A stretch of 64,000 bases of DNA from contig OX597829.1 in NCBI GenBank assembly GCA_951406725.2, positions 38,750,001 to 38,814,000 on the forward strand. The letters run 5' to 3'. Positions 52,915 through 64,000 of the stretch are shown here, in pieces. The number at the start of each line of letters is the position of its first letter. Positions within the stretch are counted from its first letter, which is position 1. The notes below the pieces were generated by a model. The model was given only the letters and a program-made list of their open reading frames with translations. It searched no databases and was not told where the DNA came from. A program made the position numbers and the translations under genes. The DNA comes from Octopus vulgaris (lineage: Eukaryota).

Positions 52915-54560
52915 TGGCTTAGTGTCAATAAAATATATACCAGTCAAGCACTGGGGTCAGTGTAATTGACTAATCCCCAATACCCCTTAAAATTACTGGC
53001 CTTGTGCCAAAGCTTGTAGCCCCTTGTGGTTAGTAAAGAAATAGGTATTTTATCTATCTTTACGCTCTAGGTAGATGTAATCAGCTAGCCCCACCCACGA
53101 AATTTCAGGCCTTGTGCCTATAGCAGATAAGATTGTTATTATTATTAGGGTGGTGAGTTGGCAGAATCGTTAGCATGCTAGACAAAATGCTTAGCAGTAT
53201 TTCACCCATCGCAACATTCTGAGTTCAAATTCCACCAAGGTCAACTTTGAATTTCATCCTTTCAGGGTCAATAAAAGAAGTACTTTGGTTGATGTAATTG
53301 ACTCATCCACCTTCCCCCAAAATTGCTGCCCTTGTGGCAAAATTTGAAACCATTATTATTATTAAGGCAACATTAGCACATTGGATGAAATGCTCAGTAG
53401 CAATTCTTCAAATACCATTATTGTAATCTTTGCCTTTCATTTTTTCAGAATTGATAAAATAAGTGCCAATTGAGTACAGAGTACAGAGTTCAATGTAATC
53501 CTCTTCCTTCATAAAATTTCAGGCTTTGTACCTGAGTAGAAAGCATTATTATTTTCATTATTATTATTATTATTAGGGTGGAGAATTGGTGGAATCATTA
53601 GAGTGTTAGGCAACATACCTTATGGAATTTGTTCTTGCTCTTTATTTCCTGTGTCCAAGTCCTTTTCTCTTTCCAGGCTCAATAATAAAGTACCAGTCAA
53701 GTACTGAGAATGGTATCATTGATTATTAAGGCGGTGAGCTGGCAGAATCGTTAGCATGCCGGGCAAAATGCGTAGCCGTATTTCGTCTGCCATTACGTTC
53801 TGAGTTCAAATTCCACCAAGGTTGACTTTGCCTTTCATCCTTTCGGAGTTGATAAATTAATTACCAGTTACGCACTGGAGTTGATATAATTGACTTAATC
53901 AGTTTGTCTGTCCTTGTTTGTCCCCTCTGTGTTTAGCCCCTTGTGGGTAGTAAAGAAATAGGTATTTCGTCTGCCACTACGTTCTGAGTTCAAATTCCTC
54001 CGAGGTCGACTTTGCCTTTCATCCTTTCAGAGTCAATAAATTAAGTACCAGTTACGCACTGGGGTCAATATAATCGACTTAATCAGTTTGTCCTTGTTTG
54101 TCCCCTCTGTGTTTAGCCCCTTGTGGGTAGTAAAGAAATAAGTATCATTGATTATTCTTCTTCCCTTAGTTTTAGCACATGTGTTTTTATTAGAAGCAAT
54201 TGTTATGAATAGGGTTATGCATAGACAAAATCATTTGAGCATTGAACAAAATGCCTTGCAATATTTCTTCCAGGTGTCTACATTCTGGGTTCAAATTTTG
54301 TTGAGGTCAGATTTGCCTTTTATTTCTTTCAAAGTTCATAAAATAAATTATCATAAAATAAATACATACCAGTCAAACACTGGAGTCAATGTAATTGATT
54401 AACCCCCAATACCCCTTAAAATTACTGGCCTTGTGCCAAAACTTGGAGCTGTTATTATCATTATTATTAAGGTGGTGAGCTAGCTGAATCTTTAGTGTAC
54501 TAGACATTAGCATTAATTCAATTGACAAATCCCTATCCTGCTGAAATTTCAAGTACTGTG
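52915..54560 (+). repeat. Head-to-tail cluster of family-A SINEs, including a young partial tandem dimer at 53729-54141
   Basis: The dimer repeats GTATTTCGTCTGCC...GTAAAGAAATA twice and is flanked by TSD GTATCATTGATTATT; older copies surround it in the same orientation. Confidence 0.85.
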
Positions 54561-54601
54561 TCTATATTAGATACAATATATATTCTTATTAGAATAGCTA
54601 T

Positions 54602-55876
54602 ACTTTGCAGTATTAAATTATGCCTTGTGCTCTCGGTTTAAGATAGCCCTTCACTGTTTCAAGGATGATGAAATACTAGTCAATGATTCAGATAAAATAT
54701 ATACTATATTCATTCAACTAACAGTTGCAGCTAGTTCATAACCCAGACACTGCCTGTATATTATATATTTGCACATGTTTATGTAAACATGTATATATGC
54801 GTTCACACACACATGTACATATATGCATCTGTGTGAGTTTATGTATATATACATATGTGTGTATGCATGTATGTATGTATATGCATGTATGTATGTATAT
54901 ATATGTGTGTGTGTGTATATACATATATGTATATCTATGTATGTATTTGTGTGTGTGTATATATATATATTTATATTCTTTAATAACTTAGTTTATTCAC
55001 TTTTGTTTTGTTTTTGTTTTCTTGCTTTTAAAGTGTTTTTCATTGAACTTTCAGTTCAGTTGATGACAAATTTGTTTTGTTTTTTTGTTTTTTTCTTCTT
55101 CTTCCTACTATGACTTCGAAATATTTTTTTTAAAGAAATCCCCCATCTCCACCACCTGAAAAACAAAAAAAAAAGGAAAAAAAAAAGAATTAAAAACTAT
55201 ACAAAATATGCAGCTGCCCTTCATAAATGTATAAATCTTCTATACTTCAGAGTGCTTTGTTGGTTTGGATGTAGTAAATACACAAAAATTAGTTGTTGAA
55301 AACTCTGTGTGAATAAAATGCAAATAAAATGAGCACTTGCAAAAGTTTTTCTTATTTCTTTTATTTTAATTATTGTTTGTTGTTGATGCTTAAACCCAAA
55401 TCAGTCCTAATTGTGGAAATGTGTAATCAAAGAATTTCTGGTTTCTCAGCTTTTTTTTTTTTTTTTAATTTTTGTTTTTCAGACATAATATATCCCAGAC
55501 TACTTTTTTTTTTTTTCATATTGCTTGGGTCCGTTTTGAAAGAGATTTGGCTACAATTTTTGCAGATCTTGTGACTATAGAAAACAGTGATTCCATACAT
55601 CTTCGTTGCCATGGATTCTTTTTATTTAAAGTAATTCACTCAAAAGCTCTAATTTTTTGAAGGCACTGTTAACTCAACAAATGTTGAACCTTACAGTTAT
55701 ACCTTGCAGTTTTAAATTATGACTCATGATCTCAGTTTAAGATAGCCCTTCTCTGTTTCAAGGACAATAAAATACTAGTCATTGGTTTAAGTAAAATATA
55801 TATTACATGCATTTAACTAACAGTTGCAACTAGTTCATGATCCAGAAACTGCCTGTGTTTTATATATTTGTACATG
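54602..55876 (+). repeat. Diverged ~175-bp direct repeat (54602-54777 and 55700-55876)
   Basis: Shared blocks TTGCAGT.TTAAATTATG, GTTTAAGATAGCCCTTC.CTGTTTCAAGGA, AAATACTAGTCA, AACTAACAGTTGCA.CTAGTTCAT, ACTGCCTGT, TTATATATTTG.ACATG. Confidence 0.85.
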
Positions 55877-55890
55877 GACCCACTTGCCAA

Positions 55891-55982
55891 ATGAGGAATC
55901 ACTGACATAGTGGTTCCCTCATTGGCTCATATTATTTTGCTGTTAGTCTTGTTGTTGGGGATGTTTTCATTTCCTTAAACAT
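55891..55982. repeat. 92-bp segment, inverted copy of 62689-62780
   Basis: Manual alignment gives 91/92 identity to the reverse complement of 62689-62780. Confidence 0.93.
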
Positions 55983-56465
55983 ACGAGTGTGATCGGTGAC
56001 AGAGAAGCTAGCCAGTTTCTGTGCCAGTGGCACATAAAAGGCACCATTCAAGTGTGATAGTTACCAGCATCACCTTACTGGCACTTGTGCCCGTGCTTGT
56101 AGGGTGCTAAGAGCACCATCCAAGCGTGATTGTTGCCAGAGCGGCAAACAGGCTTCCGAAAAGGCACCATTCAAGTATGATCATTACCAGCGTCGCCTTA
56201 CTGGCACCTGTGCTGGTGGCATGTGTAAAAAGATTTGAGCGAGATCGTTGCCAGTTCCACCGGACTGGCCCCTGTGCCGGTGGCACATAAAAAGCACCCA
56301 CTACACTCTCGGAGTGGTTGGTGTTAGGAAGGGCATCCAGCTGTAGAAACTCAGCCATATCAAGATTGGTGTATGGTGCAGCCATCTGGTTCGCCAGCCC
56401 TCAGTCAAAATCGTCCAGCCCATGCTAGCATGGAAAGCAGACGTTAAATGATGGTGATGATTATT
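55983..56465 (+). mobile_element. RTE LINE 3' UTR fragment
   Basis: Same internal repeat units, conserved 3' end and GAT/TAT tail. Confidence 0.87.
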
Positions 56466-57199
56466 ATTATGTTTACTACCAGGGCATAAACTTTACTGGT
56501 TCAGTTCTCATCAGAATTGTTTTAATGTCCACTTTGTTGAAGCAGATTTTCTATGGTTGGATGTCTTTCCTATTGCTAGCCTTCATTTGTTTCCAAGGTA
56601 ATATTACTATGGAGTTGGCAGGACATGTTTTCAATGAAGATTGGAAACAAAATGACACTGCTTATATGAAGGGCAACACTCATTTACGACCCTCACTCAT
56701 TACCAAAATGAAGCAGAGCACATACATATATATATATCTTGTTTCAGTCATGAGATTTTGGCCAAGCTGGGCCACCTTCTTAGAATTTTAGGCAAAAGAA
56801 TCAACCCCCTGTACATATTTTTTTTAAGTCTCATACTTATTCTATCAGTCTCAGTTGTTAAGAAGTGATTGGAGACAAACACATGCACACGCACATAAAT
56901 ATGCAACAGGCTTCTTTCAGTTTCCAGCTGCCAAATCCACTCACAAGGCTTTCATCAGCCCAGTGCTATAGTAGAAGACACTTGTTCAAGATTCCATGCA
57001 GTGAGATTGAATCCAGAACCATGTGGTTGGGAAACAAAATTCTTACCACACACACACATACACATATATATATAAAGGGTTTTTCTCAGTTTTTGTGTGA
57101 CAGTGAAATTCATTTACAATGGTCATGTGACATGAAGATGAGGCACACATAAATACATACATATACAACAGGCTTCTTTCAGTTTCTTATTTCTTTACT

Positions 57200-58253
57200 C
57201 TCGCTCAGAGTAAAAGGCAGACTGTATGATGCATGTGTATGAACAGCTATGCTACATGGCAGTGAAACATGGGCCGTGACTGCTGAGGACATGCGTAAGC
57301 TCGCGAGGAACGAAGCCAGTATGCTCCGATGGATGTGTAATGTCAGTGTACTTACTCGACAGAGCGTTAGTACCTTGAGAGAAATGTTGTACCTAAGAAG
57401 CATCAGTTGTGGTGTGCAAGAGAGACGATTGCGCTGGTATGGTCATGTGGCGAGAATGGATGAAGATAGGTGTGTGAGAAAGTGCCAATCCCTAGCAGTT
57501 GTGGGAACCCGTGGAAGAGGTAGACCCAGGAAAACCTGGGACGAGGTGGTGAAGCACGACCTTCGGACGTTAGGTCTCACCATGGAAATGACTAGAGACC
57601 GAGACCTATGGAAGTATGCTGTGCGTGAGAAGACCCGGCAAGACTAGTGAAGCCATAATCCGTGGCCCCTACCTGGGACGTAGTCAGTCTACCTGTGCAT
57701 ACCTTCCTTCTTGTGACACTTGTGAAGACCTGTTGAGGCAAGTGAGAATCGAATCAAATCAAATCAAATCGAACCAAATCAAAATAGATGTACATCAATG
57801 GAATTTGTACCCTTGTGGTACCAGTGCCGGTGGCTAATAAGAAAACCACCCGAACGTGACCGTAGCCAGTACCGCAACGACTGGCCTCCGTGCTGAGGGC
57901 ACGTAACAAACACCATCCGAGTGTGGCTGTCCGCCAGCCTCGTCTGGCACCTGTGTCGGTGACACATAAGAAAACACCATCCGAGCGTGGCCGTCTGGCA
58001 CCTGTGTCGGTGGCACATAAAAAACACCATCCGAGCGTGGCCGTCTGCCAGCCTCGTCTGGCACCTGTGTCGGTGGCACATAAAATCACCCACTACACTC
58101 TCGGAGTGGTTGGCGTTAGGAAGGGCATCCAGCTGTAGAAACACTGCCAGATCTGACTGGCCTGGTGCAGCCTTCGGGCTTGCCAGACCCCAGTTGAACC
58201 GTCCAACCCATGCTAGCATGGAAAGCGGATGTTAAACGATGATGATGATGATG
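57200..58253 (+). mobile_element. 5'-truncated RTE LINE: ORF C-terminus plus complete 3' UTR
   Basis: MLHGSETW...EASMLRWMC...ERRLRWYGHVARMDEDR...GRGRPRKTWDEVV...DRDLWK (57249-57647), followed by (AAATC)n, tandem units and (GAT)n. Confidence 0.92.
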
Positions 58254-58456
58254 AAGGGGTTAAACACAGAGGGGACAGACAAATGGATTCAGTCGATTAC
58301 ATCGACTCCAGTGCATAAATGGTACTTAATTTATCAACCCCAAAAGGATGAAAAGCAAAGTCGACCTCAGCAGAATTTGAACTCAGAACGTAAAGACAGA
58401 CGAAATACTGGTAAGCATTTCACCCAGCGTACTAACATTTCTACCAGCTCACCGCC
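58254..58456 (-). mobile_element. SINE family A interrupted by the RTE (its 3' tip lies at 57188-57199)
   Basis: TSD TTCTTTCAGTTTCT at 57174-57187 and 58457-58470. Confidence 0.85.
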
Positions 58457-59783
58457 TTCTTTCAGTTTCTATCCACCAAATACACCTGCAGGGCTTTAGT
58501 CAGCCCAGTGGCCACAGTAGCTGTCACGCAGTGAGTTTGACCCTGAACCCACTCAGACATATAGCAGACTTCTTAACCACACAGCTATGCCTGTGACTTC
58601 TCTTGCTTGTTCATTGGTATATGTGTAGGTAAGACTCATTACTCTAAGTATTGGAAACATTGTATATCTTTTCATACTGAATTCAACTCCTCCAGTTTGG
58701 ATTGGTTTGAAATAAACAATTATGGATAACAATTCCATTTAATTCCTGTCATCTTAAAATCAACATGATAAACAAACGAGAGTTAATCCTCTCCAGGTCT
58801 TCTTGAACAGTATAAAAAGACAGAAATATGTTATTCCTGGTAGGCCATTAACAAAACACTGTGAACTCTTTGATAATTTTTTTCTTCTATTTGACAATAT
58901 TATAAAATCATCAAACAACCTAATTAAGACAATACAAAAGCATTTATCTTCATTTTCATATAAAAAGAAAAAATTATTTCTTAAGGTAAATGACAAGAAA
59001 CTGAACTCCCAGAGTGTTGACCCTTTCTACAGGTTTCTTTGACACCATTCAATGCTTGAGCATTGTGAAAAGTAAATAAAATATATAGCCTGATAGGAAA
59101 CAGTATGTGTGCTGATGTCGCATGAAAATTTAATAAACTACATCAACACTGACTTACTAAATAATATGTGATCCAGAATCCTGAGAATCCATTTGAGGAT
59201 CTGCATTGGTGAAGTGATCCAACTGAATAAAATTATATGCAAAACAACATTTTATACTGTGTTTCCAACTTGGATTCTCTGATACCTGAAGATTCTGCAA
59301 GAGGTCGTTAAGGGTTTTGTGAGAAATAATATTTTAGTCTCTTATTTATTTCAGTCATTGGGCTGTGACCAAGCTGGAGTGTTTAATGAAACAAATCAAC
59401 CCAGTACTTTTTTTTTTTCCAACTCTGGCACTTATTCTATTGGTCTCTTTTGCTGAAAACAGTTCTACATATGTAAAGAAACCAACATTGGTGGTCAGAG
59501 GGAACATACACAAATATAAAGACACACACGTGTGTGTGTGTGTATCAAGACATGTAGCCTTGAAGTTAGGCTGTTGCACTCACAATCTCTAAATTGTCGG
59601 TTTGACTCCCAGACCGGGTGGTACATTGTGTTCTTTATTTCACATTGCTTCTGTATCCCTTTTGATCAGGAGGTAACATTGCCAGCAGGTTGAAATCATT
59701 TAAAAGCTAAAACGATTTAAAGTGCATTGTGACTAGCAATGTGTAACAGCATTTCGTAGTCTGGTCAGTCACATAATTACATA

Positions 59784-61050
59784 CAGGGATTGAACAAAAT
59801 AATGGAAACACCTTAAAATTTCCAACAAATTTATTTTAACATGGGATAGGACCGCCTTTGGCAGTAATTACAGCTTGAATTCTATGAGGTTTAGACTCAT
59901 ACCAAGTTTGAATTGTTTCCAAAGGAATTTTTGTCCATTCTTCAGCTAAAACAGTCTCCACTTCTTATAGTGATGATGGTGGAGGATATCGACTCCTTAC
60001 TTGTTTTTCTAAAATGCACCATAAATGTTTAATAATATTGAGATCTGGGGACTGGTGGCCAGATAAGATGTTCAACTTCATTAGAATGTTTCTCAAGCTA
60101 TTCAGTAACAACTTTAGCTGCGTGAATTGGTGCATTATTATCCTGAAATATTGCATTTCCCTCCAGAAACAGTTCTGCAACCATAGGATGAATTTGATCA
60201 GATAAAATGCTTAAATAAGTCTTGACTATTGATTCTGCCAAGAAGGGAAACCATTGGGCCAGTAGATTTCCAAGATATAGTACCCTCCCCCAGATCATCA
60301 CAGATCCTCCTCCATGCTTAATAGTTAGAAGAAGGTAGTCTGCATCAAATGCTTCTTTTGGCTGTCTCCACATGAATACTCGGCCGGTGGTCAGAAATAA
60401 GGTAAAGGATGACTCGTCCAAGAAAATAACATTCTTCCACTGCTCTAGGGTCAATTCTGTAGGTTTTTACTCCACTCTAAATACTTTGTAATGTTTGTTT
60501 TTGAAACTAGTGGTTTCCTGATTGCAGCCCTCCAGTGAAATCCTGCTTTCTGCAGCTCCCAGTGAACAATTTTTGTGGAAACTGGGTTCTCGAGGTGGTC
60601 ATTAAGCTCTGCAGTAATTTTGGGAGCTGTACTTTTGTGATCCTTCTTAACAATTCGCGTAAGAATCCGACGGTTCCTAGTTTTGGTTTTCTTCCAGAGT
60701 TTTGTTTCAGTTAGGGGGTTTTTCCCTCTTCCTCAAAGGCTGTCATTACTTTCAAGACAGTACTTCTCAATACACCAAACATTTCAGCTATTTTCGTTAT
60801 GCTGGCGCCTGCCATACGAGCACCAACAATTTGACCTCTTTGAAAGTTCGACAAATCTGTCATTTTAATGAATTTTGATTACCTTTTTCTGATGATATCT
60901 GAAAAGAAACAACAATTTTAGCAAAACATATTAAGCAACACTAATAATAAATAAAAAAACAAAAATAAACAAGCTTTTGATGGTTTTATAGGTATTTCAA
61001 AATTATGATGCTAAGATGGTAGGTGTTTCCATTATTTTATCCAACCCCTG
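59784..61050 (-). mobile_element. Full-length but inactive Tc1-family transposon (1267 bp)
   Basis: 30-bp TIRs CAGGG(A/G)TTG(A/G)A(C/T)AAAATAATGGAAACACCT and TA target duplication. The transposase pseudogene at ~60863-59836 reads MTDLSNFQRGQIVGAR..., WKNVIFLDES, KHGGGSVMIWG, FQDNNAPIH, SPDLNIIKHLW, with frameshifts. Confidence 0.93.
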
Positions 61051-61057
61051 TAAGTAC

Positions 61058-61090
<33 letters not shown>

Positions 61091-61098
61091 TGTATATG

Positions 61099-62124
<1,026 letters not shown>

Positions 62125-62538
62125 TATGTATGTATATACATACATACACACACACACATACATTCACGTGCCAGGATTCCATATGATTTTTGTCTACCAA
62201 GTTCACCCAGAAGGCATTGGTCTGTCTGGGATTATTGTAGAAAATACTTCCCCAAGATGCCAAGCCATGAGACTGAACCCAAAGTTATGTAGTTGTGAAG
62301 CAATTTTCTTAAGCACAGCCAGGCTTGATAATTAGGTTAATTATATACAATTGCATTTTTAATCATTTTTGTGTTCCCTTCCATATTTGTAATTTCATTA
62401 TAACTGCATGGCATATTCCCTAATGTTCAAAGATCTTGGCATTTGTAGGTAGTAAGGTAAATTCTATAGGAGAAATGATTTTATTAGGTCAAAAAGGTAT
62501 GTAAATGAAAAGGTACAGGGCTGGAGGAACCTCTATAC

Positions 62539-62676
62539 CAGGCATGGACAACTTTTTTGAGAAGGAGGCCAGTTGAGGCTATCAAGAGGCAGGCTGCAGT
62601 AGCAAAAAATTTCAAGGTATCTTTTGTTAGGTGTGCTATTCAGGAAGTCCTTCAAACCACAGTTTGCCCATGACTG
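62539..62676. mobile_element. Small hAT (Charlie-like) MITE
   Basis: TIRs CAGGCATGGACAAC and GTTTGCCCATGACTG; left flank CTCTATAC resembles the NTCTAGAN target; right TSD degenerate. Confidence 0.6.
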
Positions 62677-62688
62677 CTAATAATAATA

Positions 62689-62780
62689 ATGTTTAAGGAA
62701 ATGAAAACATCACCAACAACAAGACTAACAGCAAAATAATATGAGCCAATGAGGGAACCACTATGTCAGTGATTCCTCAT
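62689..62780. repeat. 92-bp segment, inverted partner of 55891-55982
   Basis: 91/92 identity to the reverse complement of 55891-55982. Confidence 0.93.
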
Positions 62781-63159
62781 GTCAGATGTTAAAACTAACA
62801 GTCCCCTTTAAATCTCACTCATTACCTCTTAAAAAAAGGAAGGTCACTTTAGATAATGTAAATCTATCTAGATAAACCTATGTATACAACTATACATAAT
62901 GATCACAGCAGGGATTAAACAACAAGATTACAACTATAGCAGTATTTGATGTGGTATTTAAATCACTAAACTTACAGCAATGAATCTAATTACTTGCAGC
63001 AACAGATCTATTTATTTTTAAATGTTATTGTTGTAAATTGATTACATAAAATCAGTGGTTGGTGATGAAAACAATGATGTGAGCTAGATTTTCAGGAGTT
63101 TTAACAAAGTATGAACATTTTAAAAACAATGAACACTATTAGGCCAAAATAAAGGATAG

Positions 63160-63520
63160 CCATAATAACAGACCAGATGAAAATTAATCATACTCTTGGA
63201 TGTGCCAATCCACACAGACATGGAAATTGAGGCTAATCCACTAGATATTGTTGTCAAGGACAGCCAAGTCAGGAAAGGAAATGCCATTTAATCGAAGTAT
63301 CAATCTCAGCAGTTGATATTGTATCTGTCAAAGAAAATTATCCAAAAATAAAAATGTTAATTGAGGTAACCAGCATGTGGCAAAAGAAAACAGAAATAGC
63401 ATCTACTATAGAAAGGTATCTTGCAATTAGATTAAAAATAAATGGACAGATTCATATTCAGGCTCCAAGACTTACAAATATGTGCAGCATAGAGAAAATA
63501 GCAGTGGATGTATGCCTGAG
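63160..63520 (+). mobile_element. Decayed R4/Dong-like LINE, RLE endonuclease region
   Basis: Remnants DVPIHTDMEIEANPLDIVVKD...CHLIEVSI...IEVTSMWQKKTEI resemble the WD..I.TD..I.ANRPDIV...LID...EI.RMW motif series. Confidence 0.65.
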
Positions 63521-64000
63521 TAATAGAAAACTTCACTCAACAATCATGCAGTCTTGAGTTTGATCTTGTGTGTCATCCATGACAAATATCTTTTACTGTT
63601 CTTCCAGTTAACCCATGCCTAGCAAACGAAATTGTGTGTAGCAATATTGCTATCCTCACTGTTTAAGAAGAACATTAGGAATGATCTCGTTTGAGATTAC
63701 AACCATCTTTGGCTAGTTTGACCCCGTTGTGTCCACTGATCTGATTGGTTAACATCTAGTGCAGTCTGTCTCTCTACTTATTTCGCGCCAGTGTGTAAAC
63801 TGACCAATCACAGCTTTTGGATAGGATCTTTCAATTGAGCCATCTTCACTCCTTAAATAAGCTAGTATTTCCACTTCATCGTCTTTCGGCTTTAGACCTT
63901 CTGAGGTCTAGTCAGAGACTACAGAGCTACTCAGCCATATTCCAGTTCAAACGACAGATGACAGCCAGCCAACCATACTATGAAGACATTATTGTATACC

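Noticed and set aside
57850-58090. CRISPR-like repeat-spacer appearance of the GGTGGCAC units
   Set aside because: The intervening sequences are themselves repeated, the context is a eukaryotic LINE 3' UTR, and no cas genes are present.
63864-63920. TAGACCT/AGGTCTA hairpin near TTTCG as a hammerhead
   Set aside because: Core spacing is wrong and helices I and III cannot be formed.

Overview
AT-rich, microsatellite-laden animal genomic DNA. The repeat families look like those of an octopus/coleoid cephalopod; this is an inference from repeat content. One host gene is supported: the 3' end of a + strand membrane adenylate cyclase of the type 9 (ADCY9) class. It appears as a 100-nt internal exon (10269-10368) joined by a phase-1, ~9.1-kb intron to a 1.5-kb terminal coding exon (19455-20962) encoding TM7-12 plus the C2 catalytic domain. 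The rest is repeat: at least three tRNA-derived SINE families, many 5'-truncated RTE LINE 3' ends, decayed CR1, RTE, RTE-X-like and R4/Dong-like LINEs, Tc1, mariner and DD37D DNA transposons, MITE-like foldbacks and very long (TA)n arrays. Most long ORFs in the track are microsatellite artefacts. The most interesting signal is a set of hammerhead-ribozyme-like motifs in several unrelated short Penelope-like (inverted-LTR) insertions. One is complete (1781-1879, minus strand) with a U4C core variant, a palindromic helix III and a G.U-rich extended helix II. Also notable: a 91/92-identical inverted repeat 6.7 kb apart at a LINE 5' junction, a 5'-inverted (twin-primed) RTE-type LINE, unusually long target duplications, and forskolin-permissive residues in the AC9-type cyclase.
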